64,000 nucleotides of DNA from the human T2T-CHM13v2.0 reference genome, Homo sapiens: NCBI GenBank assembly GCA_009914755.4, contig CP068257.2:23840001-23904000 (forward strand), read 5' to 3'. The notes under the pieces were generated by a model. That model did not search any database. It had not been told where the DNA came from and saw only the letters and a list, made by a program, of their open reading frames with translations. Position numbers and translations under genes: made by a program. How positions within the stretch are numbered: the stretch's first letter is position 1; every line of letters starts with the position of its first letter. Positions 37,651-51,245 of this stretch are shown in pieces.

Positions 37651-40600
37651 AAATCCAGAGAATTCTTTCAGATCTTATCCAAGACCACCACCAAGGTGGT
37701 ACCTCTACAAGTCTGCAAGAGCCACAGTGTTACTAGGCTTGAGGCATCTCCTAAGGCAGACACAAGTGTCATGACCAAAACTCAGATTACAACACCTAAG
37801 TCCCTTAGAATACCTGGAAAGCCTTCCTAAGAAAGATGGGTACAAACAAGCTCAGACTGTGAAGACTACAATAAATACCTAACTCTTCAATGCCCAGACA
37901 CTGATGAACACCCACAAACATTAAGACTATCCAGGAAAATATAACCTCACCAAATTAACTAAATAAGGCACCAGAGAACAATTCTGAAGAAACAAAGATA
38001 TATGATCTTTCAGACAGAGAATTTAAAATAGCTGTTTTGAGGAAACTCAACAAAATTCAAGATAACACAGAGAAGGAATTTATAATCCTATCAAATAAAC
38101 TTAACAAAAAGACTGAAACAATTAAAAAGAATCAAACAAAAATTCTGGAGTTGAAAAATGCCACTGAAGAATGCATCAGAGTCCCTTACCAGAAGAACTG
38201 ATCAAGCAGAAGAAAGAATTAGTGAGCTTGAAGACAGGCTATTTGAAAATACACAGAGGAGACAAAAGAAAAATGAATTTAAAGGAAGAAAGCATGCCAA
38301 AAAGATCTAGAAAATAGCCTCAAAGGGGAAAATCTAAGAGTTATTGGCCTTAAAGGGGAAGGAGAGGGGGAGAAATAGGGGTAGAAAGTTTATTCAAAAT
38401 GATAACAGAGAACTTCACAAACCTAGAGGAAAATATCAGTATTCAAGTATAAGAAAGTATAGAACACCAAGCAGATTTAACCCAAATAGGACCACCTAAA
38501 GACATTTAATAATCAAACCACTAAAGGTTAAGGATAAAGAATTTTAAAAACAGCAGGAGAAAAGAAACAACACACAATGGAGCTCCAATACATATGAGAG
38601 CAAACTATTCAGGGGAAGCTGTATAGCCCAGGAAAGAGCTGTACGACGTATCTAAAGTGCTGAAGGAAAAAACTTTTATCCTAGAATAGTATATCTGGAG
38701 GAAATAGCCTTCAAACATGAAGGAGAAATGAAGACTTTTCAAGACAAACAAAAGTGGAGGGAATTTATCAACACCAGACCTGTCCTACAAGAAATGCTAA
38801 AGAGAGTTATTCGAGCTAAAGGAAAAGAACATTAATGAGCAATAACAAATCATCTAAAGGTACAAATCTCATGGGTAATAGTAAGTACACAGAAAAAATG
38901 CAAAATATAATAACACTGTAATTGTGATGTGTAAACTACTCATATCTCGAGTAGGAAAACTAAAAAGTAAGCCAATCAAAAATAACACCTATAACTTTTC
39001 AAAACATAGATGGTACTATGTAGATATATATAAAAACAACAAAAAGTTAAAAAGTGGAAGACAAATTTAAAGTGTGCAGTTGTTATTAGCTTTGCTTGTT
39101 TTTTAGTTTGTTTATGGAATCAGTGTTCAGTTGTCAAATAGGTAATAAAATTTTATTTGCAAGCCTCATGATAACCTCAGAATCAAAAAACATACAACAG
39201 GTATGCAAAAAGTATAAAGCAATAAATTAAAACATATCTCCAGAAAAAAATCACCTTCATTATAAGGAAGAAAAGAAGCAAGAGAAGACATCCAAACAAC
39301 CAGAAAACAAATAACAAAATGGTAGAAGTAAGTCCTTACTTATCAATAATAACATTGAGCCTAAATGGACTAAACTCTCTAAGCAAAAGACACAGAGTGG
39401 CTGAATGGATGAAAAAACAAGATCCAACAATCTGTTGCCTTCAAGAAACACACTTCGCCTATAAAGACAGGCATAGACTGAAAATAAAGATATGGAAAAA
39501 AATATTCCATGCAAATGAAAACCAAAACAGTGCAAGAGTAGCTATACTTAAAATATACAAAATAGATTTAAGGACAAAAGCTATAAAAAGAGAAGAAGAA
39601 GGTCCTTATAACATGATAAAGGGGTCAATCAGCAAGAGGATGTAACAATTCTAAGCATACTTGCACCCAATACTGGAACACCCAAATGTATAAAGCAAAT
39701 ATTATTAGACCTCGAGAGAGATAGAGCCCTATACAATAATAGCTAGATACTTCAACATCTCACTTTCAGCATTGGACAGATCATCCAGACAGAAAATCAA
39801 GAAAGAAATATCAGACTTAATCTGCACTATAGACCAAATGGACCTAATTGATATTTACAGAACATTTCATTCAACAGCTGCAGAATGCATATTCTTCTCC
39901 TCAGGGCATGGATCATTCTCAAGTATGGACTATGTTAGGACACAAAACAAGTCTTTAAATATATTTTTTAAAAAAAGAAATTACATAAAATATTTTATCT
40001 GACCACAATGGAATAAAACTAGAAATCAATAACAAAAGGAATTTTGGAAACTACAAAAACACATGAAAATTAAACAATATGCTCCTGAATGGCAGTGGGC
40101 TAATGAAGAAATTAAGAAGACAATTTAAAAATTTCTTGAAATAAATGATAATGGAAACACAACACACCAAAACCTATGGGATCCAGTAAAAGCAGTCATA
40201 AGAGGAAAGTTTATAGCTATAAGTGCCTACATCAAAAAGGTATAAAAACTACCCAAAAACGCGTCTTTAAGAACTTAAAAAATCAGGAGTAAATCATACC
40301 CAAAATTAGTAGAAGAAGAAAAATAATGAAGACCAGAGAAGATATAAATGAAATTGAAATGAAGAAAACAATATAAAAGATCAATGAAATGAAAAGTTTG
40401 TTTTCTTGAAAAGATAAATAAAATTGAAAAACCTTTAGCCAGACTAAAAAAAGAAGAGAAAAAAATCCAAATAAATAAAATCAGAGATGAAAAAAGAGAC
40501 ATTACAACTGATGTCACAGAAATTCAATGGATCATCAGAGGCTACTATGAGAAACTATATGTCAATAAATTGGAAAACCTAGAAGAAATGGATAAATTCC

Positions 40601-40831
40601 TAGACACATACAACCAATCAAAATTGAGCCATGAAGAAATCCAATACCTGAATAGACCAAAAATGAGAAACAAGATTGAGCCACAATAAAAAGCCTCCCA
40701 GCAAAGAAAAGCCCTGGACCCAGTGGCTTCCCTGTTGAATTCTACCAAATTTTTAAAGAAAAACTAATACCAATCCTACTCAAACTATTCCAAAAAATAG
40801 AGGAGGGGAGAATATTTCCAAACTCATTCTA

Positions 40832-40926
40832 TTAGGCTGGTACAAATGCAATTGCGATTTTTGCCATTGAAAGTAATGGCAAAACCCACAATGGCAAAAA
40901 CCACAATTGCCTTTGCACCAACCTAA
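40832..40926. mobile_element. MADE1 (Hsmar1-derived MITE) inserted in the L1 ORF2 remnant, palindromic and miR-548-family-like
   Basis: 'ttaggctggtacaaatgcaattgcgatttttgccattgaaagtaatggcaaaacccacaatggcaaaaaccacaattgcctttgcaccaacctaa' matches the MADE1 consensus 'ttaggttggtgcaaaagtaattgcggtttttgccattacttttaatggcaaaaaccgcaattacttttgcaccaacctaa', with an internal ~15 bp duplication. Confidence 0.88.
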
Positions 40927-41276
40927 TATGAGACCAGTATTACACTGATACCAAAGCCAGACAAAAGCACATCAGAAAAAGAAAACTACAGGCTAATATC
41001 GCAGATGAACATAGATGCAAAACTCCTCAACAAAATATCAGCAAACCAAATTCAACAACACATTAAAAAGGTCATTCATCATGACCAAGTGGGATTTATC
41101 CCTGGAATAAAAGGATGGTTCAACATATGCAAATCAAACAACGTGATACATCATATCAACAGAATAAAGGACAAAACCCATATGACCATTTCAATTGATG
41201 CTGAAAAAACATTTGATAAAATTAAACATCTCTTCATGATTTAAAAAAACAAAAAAACAAAAAAAACAAAAACCCT

Positions 41277-41577
<301 letters not shown>

Positions 41578-43585
41578 CTTGGTAAAGAAGGAATGTACCT
41601 CAGCATAATAAAAGCCAGATACAACAGACTCACAGTTAGTATCATACTAAATGGGGAAAAATTACAAGTCTTTCCTCTCAGATTTAGAACATAACAAAGA
41701 TGCCCACTTTCACCACCATTATTCAACATAGTACTGGAAGTCCTAGCTGGAGTAATCAGACAAGAGAAAGAAATAAAGGTATCCAAATTGGAAAGGAAGC
41801 AGCCAAATTATCATGGTTTACTGATGATGTGATCTTATATTTGGAAAAACTTAAAGACTCCACAAGAAAACAATGAAAACTGATAAATTCAGTAAAGTTG
41901 AAGGATACAAAATCAGCATACGTAAATCAGCAGCATTTCTATATGCCAACAGCCATCCGAAAAACATTCTGAAAAAAAATCAAGAAAGTAATACCATTTA
42001 CCATAGCTATGAATAAAATTCAATACCTAGAAATTAACCAAAGAAGTGAAAAATCTCAACAATGAAAACCATAAAACACTGATGCAAGAAATTAGAGAGA
42101 ATACCAAAAATAAAAGGAAAAATATCCCATGTTCATGTATTGAAGGAATCAATATTGTTAAAATGTTCATGCTACTACTCAAAGCAATCTACAGATTCAG
42201 TGCAATCCCTATCAAAATTTATATGGAGCCACAAAAGACCCAGAATAGCCAAAGCTATCCTGAGAAAAAAAAAAAAAGGAGGACTCACATTACCTCACTT
42301 CAAATTGTACTACAGAGCTATAGTAACCAAAACAGCAGAAAACAGGTACTGGCATGAAAACAGACACAAGAACATACCACTGGAGAAAGGACCATCTCCT
42401 CAACAAACGGTTCTGGGAAAACTGAATATCCATATGCAGAAGAATTAAATTAGACCCCTATCTCTCACGATATACAAAAATCAAATCAAAATCGATTAGA
42501 GACTTAAATCTAAGACCTTAAAATATGAAACTACTAAAAGAAAACATTGGGAAAACTCTCCAGGACACTGGTCTGGGCAAAAATTTCTTGGGTAATACCC
42601 CACAAGCACAGGAAAGCAAAGCAAAAATGGACACATATGATCACATTAAGTTAGAAAGCTTCTGCACAGCAAGTAACAAATTTAACAAAGTAAAGAGGCA
42701 ACCCACAGAATAGGAGAAAATATTTTCAAACTATCCATCTGACAAGGATTAATAACCAGTATATATAAAGAGCTCACACAACTCTGTAGGAAAAATCTAA
42801 TAATCCAATTTTAAAATGGGCAAAAGATTTGAATACACATTTTTGAAAGAAGACATACAATTTGCAACCAGGTATATAAAAAGGTGCTCAACATCATTGA
42901 TCACCAGAGAAATGCAAATCAAAACTACAATGAGATATCATCTCACCCCAGTTAAAATGATTTTATCCAAAGACAGGCAATAACAAATGTTGGCAAGGAT
43001 GCGGAGAAAAGGGAAGCCTCATACATGATTGGTGACAATGTAAATTAGTACAAGCACTATGGAGAACAGTTTGGAGTTTCCTGAAAAAACTAAAAATTGA
43101 GCTACCATATGATCCAGCAAAACCACTACTAGGTGTATACCCAAAAGAAAATAAATCAGTATATTGAAGAGACATCTGCATTCCCACATTTATTGCAGCA
43201 CTATTCACAATAGCCAAGATTTGGAAACAACCTAAGTGTCCATCAACAGGCCTTCTTATTCTTTAGTTATTTTTTGCCTGAAAAAAGTTAATTAAATCTT
43301 TTTTTCTGAAATGTGAATCTAATTCTCCTCCCACATCATTAGAGATATTGCTAAATTATCTTTCTTGACTGTATCTCTACCTTTTTCTCTTTTTCCAGGT
43401 TTTTTCCTCCAACATACCAATATTCTTACCAGTTTTTCTTTTTAAATGCCTTCTCTTTTGACCTTCTTGTTTCTCGTAGCTACTATCCTACATCATTCTC
43501 TTTAATGTCACACTACTTCCTACTTGCAAAAGTGGTCTACACTCTTAAGTCTCCAATTTCTAACCACTTTAAAACACTGCTGTAA

Positions 43586-44082
<497 letters not shown>

Positions 44083-44502
44083 TAAGGCTTGACTCCCAAT
44101 AAGTGAAGGGTGATTACATAAATGTTGCTACATTATATACTAAAGTATATAATACAACCATTAAAGATATGAACAAAAGCACCAACTGCATTTGTGACCC
44201 TTTCCATGGGATAGTCACCTTGAAGTACAACTCCTTGGCCAAAGAATATGAACATTTTGAGGGCTCTTAACCCATATTGCCAAAATGTTTTCCAGAAAAG
44301 TTTCACTGTCTCATTATTCCACACCTACTACTCCTAGCCTGTCTCCAGTATCCACATGAGTATTGCAAGAATAAAATGTGAAATGCTTGGCATACAATTA
44401 AAGAAAAAAAAAAAGATTTGACTCCCTTGCGATTTTCCTCCTAACTTTCTTGCTCTTCCACTTTTTCCTCTTCAGTTGTCTCTTAAGTACTGGGGTTCTC
44501 TG

Positions 44503-44795
<293 letters not shown>

Positions 44796-46744
44796 TCAGA
44801 CTTTTGCACAAGCCTCTCTTCTCACACTAATACTTATCCTAGCAGACATTACATAATCTCCATGGCATCAAGTAATGCCTATATGCCAGTGAGCTCCAAA
44901 ATATATACCAAAAACTAAAATAAATGCTCTGAGCTCTAGATCATTTAAGCCAACTAGGGTCTTATATCTCCACTTGGATATGTGATAAGCATCTTAGATT
45001 CAAAACTAAATGAATGTGATCAAAACTAACTGCATAATTTCCTCCCAATACTTCCTTCATAGATTGTATTTTTGCCTTCTCCCAAACCAGAAACCTAAGA
45101 ATCATTCTTATTTCATCCTTCTCCCTGACCCATACTGTCAGTTGTCAATTACTACAGTTTCTACCTTCTAAATTTATACCTGTTGTAACTCTCCGGCACT
45201 ACCTTTATTCAGGTTCTTGTAACTGACCAGTTGGATCATTGTCAGTCTTCACTGTCTCCATTCTTGCTCCACTCAATACATTAATTAGATTTCTAATAGA
45301 ATTATTTTCCTAAAATACAAATGTGATTATGCCACTCATATGCTATATCTTTCAATAACTCTCCACTGCTTTGAACATAAAATTCAAACCTCTTAACCTC
45401 ATACACCAGTTTTTAATCCAGCCTCTCCCATTAATTGTAGTCTTATTACTGTCCAACTCATACCCAGTACCTCGGCCACACTCAACCATTTTTCCCTAAC
45501 AAGGCATTCACTCCCTTTGCATATATGTTTCCCTCCAACTGACAAAAACTATTACCTTTCCTTGGTTACCTGAAAAATTCCTATTTATCCTTTCAGATAT
45601 CTCATATACTATCACCTATTCTCTCCACCAGAGGTTGTGTCTTACAATTCCACCTTCCAATTTGGGTTAGATTTTTTTCCAATTTTTTGTATTCTTCTTA
45701 TAATCAATTATAACAAATATAATTTTAAAATTACTGTCTCTGATATTGAACTAGGAATTCAATGAGGACAGAAATCATGTCTTATAAATCTTTCTTTCTG
45801 AGGGCCTATCACCAATGCCTTGTGATCAAGATAGAGATACATAGTTTAAATGAATGAAGAGCAAGTAGTTCAACACAGACATATTAAGAATATAGATGCA
45901 TTATAAGGACATACAAGGAAATGGCCAAATCATCAAAAGCCTTGTATGTCAGATCAGGATTTTGAAAGTCATCAGAAGATTTTAATAGGAAATGATATAA
46001 TTAAATGAACACATTTAAAAGCTCATCTTCTTGGTGAATAGACCATGGAAAGATAAAACTGGAGAAACCAAGAGGTTTTGAAATGGGATGAATAAACAAT
46101 TATGAAAGCCAAGACAATGACTGTGAGGATAAAGAGTAGGAGGAAAATATAAAAGATACTTTGAGAGTGGATAGAACTAAATGGCCAATTTGATATTTGT
46201 TAATGAGGCATTGAAAACCAAAGTCATCTCCAAGACTTCTCCCTGAGTGACTAGGAAGATGAATTATTCATTTGTAAATCATTAAACCACATTAAGCATA
46301 TGCTCTGAACCGGAAATATGCCAGATGCCAAGACCACGAGATAAACAAATAAAACACAGTCTCTGCCCTCCAAAATATAAAGGTGTAGTGGAAGAAATAA
46401 ACATATGAACATGTAAAAGAATGTAATAAATGTTATTTAAAATCTATAGGCAACATCCTGTGGGAAAACAAAAATTAGCACTTAACTCTGTTTGGGAATT
46501 AGTAGTACATAAATGTACTCTTAGTGGAATCATCTCCAAAAACTGTGAGGTACAGTCAACTGAAATAGGAAATTCAGGAAGTGGAGCAGATTTTGAGGAC
46601 AGAAGGGATACTATTTTCCATTTGAACCAGTTGAGACTGAGTGGTCTGTGGGTAATGCAGGTGACATTCGTCACAGAGTCAGGATCCAGAGTTCATGGAG
46701 AAGAGCTGGCCTAGAGACTTCTCACACCAGGATTACTACAATGG

Positions 46745-47150
46745 TCTTGTATTAGTTTCCTGTGGTTGTGGCAAATCAACACAAACTAGATGGCTTAGAA
46801 CAACCCAAACTTATTCCCTCAGTGTTCTGGAGGAATCTGAAATCAAGATGTTGTCAGGGCCATTCGCCTTCCAGAGGGTCTATAGGAGAACTCTTCCTTG
46901 CCTCTTTCAGCTTCTGGAGACTGTAGGCATTCCCTTACTTATGGCAGCACCACTCCAGTCTCTGCCTCACTGGTTACATTCCTTCCTTCTCTTCTGTCTC
47001 AAATCTCCCTCTGTCTTTCTCTTACAAGGACACTTTTCATTGAATTTTGGACCTACCCAGATAATCCAGGATGATCTCCTCATCTGAAAATCCTTACCTT
47101 AATTGTATCTATGAAGGCTCTTTTTCCAAATAAAGTAAAATTCATAAGGT
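46745..47150 (+). mobile_element. MLT1-type MaLR LTR
   Basis: 'tgtattagtttcctgtggttgtggcaaatcaacacaaactagatggcttagaacaacccaaacttattccctcagtgttctggaggaatctgaaatcaagatgttgtcagggccattcgccttccagagggtctataggagaactcttccttgcctctttcagcttctggagactgtaggcattcccttacttatggcagcaccactccagtctctgcctc...ggacctacccagataatccaggatgatctcctcatctgaaaatccttaccttaattgtatctatgaaggctctttttccaaataaagtaa' follows the MLT1 consensus pattern. That pattern is 'tgtattagtttcctgtggctgctgtaacaaattaccacaaacttagtggcttaaaacaacacaaatttattatcttacagttctggaggtcagaagtccaaaatgggtctcactgggctaaaatcaaggtgtcagcagggctgcgttccttctggaggctctaggggagaatctgtttccttgcc...ggcccacccggataatccaggataatctccccatctcaaggtccttaacttaatcacatctgcaaagtccc'. Confidence 0.8.
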
Positions 47151-47494
47151 TCTAGAAATGTGGACATATCATGTGGGGGCCATCATTCAACCCACTGTGG
47201 GTATCCTAACTGATTTCCCTATTTCCACCGCAGGTTGCCTCCTTCAGTCAATTCTCAATACTATAGCTAGAGGAAACCTTTTAAAGCTTAGATCAAGTTG
47301 CTTCTCTGTTCAAAACCTCCTATTAGCACCCACTGCAATTAACAGCCAAATGGTTTACCAAGTTTGAGCATATGTGGCCCCCAGTTACCTCTCTGGCATC
47401 ATCACCTCCTTCTGCCCCCATGTTCACTCCACTTCTGCCCCACCAACCTCCTTGGTGTTCCCTTAACATGACACTCCATCTAATTTACCATATT

Positions 47495-48045
47495 GTAATG
47501 GTTAATTTTATGCCAACTTGACTAAGCTACAAGGTGCCCAGACATTTAACCAAACATTTTTCTGGTGTGCTTGTGATGGGAATTGGGAGTGAAACTGACA
47601 TTTAAATCAGTAGACTGAGTAAAGCAGATTGCCCCTCCCTAATGCAAGTGGGCACCATCCAATCAGTGGAAGGGCCGATTAGCACAAAAGGCTGACCCTC
47701 TCCTGAGTAACAGAGAATTCTTCCTGCCCAGTGACCTTCAAACTGGGACCTCAGCTTGTTACTGCATTTTTGGACTCAAACTGAAACATAGGCTCTTTCT
47801 GGGTCTAAAGCCTGTCAGCCTTTAGACTGGAACTACATCTTTGGCTGTTCTGGTTCTCAGGCCTTTGGACTCACACTGGAACTAAACCATGAGCTCTCCT
47901 GGGTCTTTAACATGCCCACTCACCCTGCAGATCTTAGGAGTTGTTAGCCTCCATAATTACATGAGCCAATTTCTTATAATAAATCTTATATATGAACATC
48001 CTGTTGGTTTTGTTTCTCTAGAGAATCCTAACACATGTATCTTTT
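47495..48045 (+). mobile_element. MST-type MaLR solo LTR
   Basis: The sequence is 'gtaatggttaattttatgccaacttgactaagctacaaggtgcccagacatttaaccaaacatttttctggtgtgcttgtgatgggaattgggagtgaaactgacatttaaatcagtagactgagtaaagcagattgcccctccctaatgcaagtgggcaccatccaatcagtggaagggccgattagcacaaaaggctgaccctctcctgagtaacagagaattcttcctgcccagtgaccttcaaactgggacctcagc...gcagatcttaggagttgttagcctccataattacatgagccaatttcttataataaatcttatatat...ctgttggttttgtttctctagagaatcctaaca'. It is collinear with the MSTA consensus 'tgtgacaggttaaatgtgtcaacttgactgggctatggggtgcccagatatttggttaaacattattctgggtgtgtctgtgagggtgtttctggatgagattaacatttgaatcggtagactgagtaaagcagattgccctccctaatgtgggtgggcctcatccaatcagttgaaggcctgaatagaacaaaaaggctgacc...gcagatcttgggacttctcagcctccataatcgtgtgagccaattccttataataaatctctttatatat...cctattggttctgtttctctggagaaccctgactaataca'. 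Confidence 0.85.
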
Positions 48046-48108
48046 ATCTATTTATCTTATTTGTTGTCTGTATCCCACTAGAATGTAAACTTCGTGAAGA
48101 CTGGGAAC

Positions 48109-50157
48109 TTTTTTTTTTAATTATACTTTAAGTTCTGGGATACATGTGCAGAATGAGCAGGTTTGTTACATAGGTATATATGTGCCATGGTGGTTTGCTG
48201 CACCTATCAACCCGTCATCTAGATTAGGCATTTCTCCTAATGCTATCCCTCCCCTACCCCCCCGACCCTGCAACAGGCCCTGGTGTGTGATGTTCCCCAC
48301 CCTGTGTCCATGTGTTCTCATTGTTCAACTCCCACTTATGAGTGAGAACATGCCATGTTTGGTTTTCTGTTCCTGTGTTAGTTTGCTGAGAATGATGGTT
48401 TCCAGCTTCATCCATGTCCCTGCAAAGGACATGAACTCATCCTTTTTTATGGCTGCATAGTATTCCATGGTGTATATGTGCCACATTTTCTTTATCCAGC
48501 CTATCATAGATGGGCATTTGGGTTGGTTCCAAGTCTTTGCTATTGTGAATAGTGCTGCAATAAACATACGTGGGCATGTGTCTTTATAGTAGAATGATTT
48601 ATAATCTTTGGGTATATACCCAGTAATGGGATTGCTGGGTCAAATGGAACTTCAGGTTCTAGATCCTTGAGGAATCACCACACTGTCTTCTACAATGGTT
48701 GAACTAATTTACACTCCCACCAAAAGTGTAAAAGTTTCCTATTTCTCCACATCCTCTCCAGCATCTGTTGTTTCCTGACTTTTTAATTATCGCCATTCTA
48801 ACTGGTGTGAGATGATATCTCATTGTAGTTTTGATTTGCATTTCTCTAATGACCAGTGATGATGAGCTTTTTTTCATGTTTGTTGGCTGCATAAATGTCT
48901 TCTTTTGAGGTGTCTTTTGAAGTATCTGTCCATATCCTTTGCCCACTTTTTGATGGGGTTGTTTTTTTCTTGTAAATTTGTTTAAGTTCCTTTTAGATTC
49001 TGGCTATTAGCCCTTTGTCAAATGGATACATTGCAAAAATTCTCTCCCATTCTGTAGGTTGCCTGTTCACTCTTGTAGGGTCCAGCCCTATGGGGCTTAG
49101 CGGGTGTTCTCCCCATATAGAGATTGTAATAAATAAAGACACAAGACAAAGAGATAAAGAGAAAACAGTTGGGCCCGGGGACCACTACCATCAAGACACG
49201 GAGACTGGTAATGGCCCCAACGGCTGGGCGCGCTGATATTCACTGCATACATGACAAGGGGGTAGGGTAAGGAGAGTGAATCTCCTAAGTGATTGACAAG
49301 GTGAAGCAAGTCACGTGATCACAGGACAGGGGGCCCTTCCCTCTTAAGTAGCCAAAGCAGAGAGAGAGAAGGCAGCATACGTCAGCATTTTCTTCTCTGC
49401 ACTTATAAGAAAGATCAAAGACTTTAAGACTTTGACTATTTCTTCTACCGCTATCTACTACGAACTTCAAAGAGGAACCAGGAGTATGGGAGGAACATGA
49501 AAGTGGACAAGGAGTGTGACCATTGAAGCACAGCACCACAGGGAGGGGTTTGGGCCTCTGGATGACTGTGGGCAGGTCTGGATAATATCCAGCCTTTCAC
49601 AAGAAGCTGGTGGAGCAGAGTGTTCCCTGACTCTTCCAAGGAAAGGAAACTTCCTTTCATGGTCTGCTAACTAATGGGTGTTTTTTCAGACACTGGCATT
49701 ACCGCTTGACCAAGGAGACCTCAAGAGCCCTTATGCGGGCGTGACAGAAGACTCACCTCTTGCTTTTTAGGTCACTTCTCACAATGTCCCTTCAGCACCT
49801 GACCCTATACCTATCAGTTATTCCTAGGTTATATTAGTAATGCAACAAAGCGTAATATTAAAAGCTAATGATTAATAATGTTTATAATAATGATCAATAA
49901 TTGTCTATGATCATCTCTATTTAATTTGTATTATGACTATTCTTATTCTAACTATTTTTTTATTATACTAAAACAGTTTGTGCCTTCAGTCTCTTGTCTT
50001 GGCACTTAGGTAATCCTCTGCCCACAACTCTAATGATAGTTTCTTTTGCTGTGCAGAAGCTTTTTAGTTTAATTAGATCCCATTTGTCAATTTTGGCTTT
50101 TATTGCCATTGCTTTTGATGTTTTAGTGATGAAGTCTTTGCCCATGCCTATGTCCTG
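48109..50157 (-). mobile_element. 5'-truncated L1PA-type 3' fragment (about 1.1 kb of L1, intermediate-age L1PA). A ~970 bp solo LTR splits it at 49084–50055, and a ~15–19 bp target-site duplication flanks it.
   Basis: The poly-T run at 48109–48118 is the element's poly(A) tail, followed by 'aattatactttaagttctgggatacatgtgcagaatgagcaggtttgttacataggtatatatgtgccatggtggtttgctgcacctatcaacccgtcatctagattaggcatttctcctaatgctatccctcccc...cactgtcttctacaatggttgaactaatttacactcccaccaaaagtgtaaaagtttcctatttctccacatcctctccagcatctgttgtttcctgactttttaattatcgccattctaactggtgtgagatgatatctcattgtagttttgatttgcatttctctaatgaccagtgatgatgagctttttttcatgt...attctgtaggttgcctgttcactct'. After the LTR it resumes 'aatgatagtttcttttgctgtgcagaagctttttagtttaattagatcccatttgtcaattttggcttttattgccattgcttttgatgttttagtgatgaagtctttgcccatgcctatgtcctg'. 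Minus-strand ORFs 48325..48567 and 48704..48946 translate L1 ORF2 C-terminal peptides, '...MYHIYTMEYYAAIKKDEFMSFAGTWMKLETIILSKLTQEQKTKH' and '[40 protein letters not shown]'. The duplicated flanks are 'gaagactgggaactttt' at 48096–48112 and 'gaagaggacagggaactttt' at 50155–50176. Confidence 0.93.
49084..50055 (-). mobile_element. Solo ERV LTR, about 972 bp with TG…CA termini and a 5 bp target-site duplication, nested in the L1PA fragment. The family is uncertain, possibly an LTR13-like LTR of the HERVK superfamily. The strand is inferred only weakly.
   Basis: It begins 'tgtagggtccagccctatggggcttagcgggtgttctccccatatagagattgtaataaataaagacacaagac...' and ends '...ctcttgtcttggcacttaggtaatcctctgcccaca'. 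It splits the L1 consensus 'cctgttcactct|gatgatagtttc', with 'actct' duplicated at 49079–49083 and 50056–50060. Read on the minus strand it starts 'tgtgggcagagg...' and ends '...ggctggaccctaca', which resembles the class-II HERVK LTR ends 'tgtgggg...cccctaca'. No internal ERV sequence is adjacent. Confidence 0.65.
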
Positions 50158-50728
50158 AAGAGGACAGGGAACTTTTGTCTGTCTTGGTCACTAGTGTATC
50201 TGTACTGCCTAAAAATACGTTTTCTGAATACATGGGATGTATTCAGAAAATCTCTTGTTGGATTAGTTCATGGAGGTGTACTCAACAAAACACTGTATTT
50301 TCCTTCCAATTTAAATAACAGAGTAAACATACTATTTCTTATTTCCAATGGATCCTGGTTCACCTAAGATATCAACGGTCTTTGGCAGAAGAGTCTTGCA
50401 TGAAAACAAATTCAAAGTACAGTAAAATGTCAAAGAAAAAGGGTAAGGTTCTGAATCATGTAGATATCAAGGAGTTAAATATCCAATGAAAAAGATAAAA
50501 GGACAGATAAGAATGTCTTCTGAAAAGAAAATGTCAAAAATAGGATGTAATTGATAAGTTTTAGATTATGCCTTTGGGATCAAATATATCAAAAAAGAAG
50601 TTAATTCAAAGCTTCTATAAATGTGTGTGCATAATTATATTTCTGGGCTTCTTTGTTCTGAATGTTTTCTGATTTACAGGCTATGATGTTTTTATTAAAA
50701 GAGAAAAAGCCATTAAATTATATCATTA

Positions 50729-51245
<517 letters not shown>

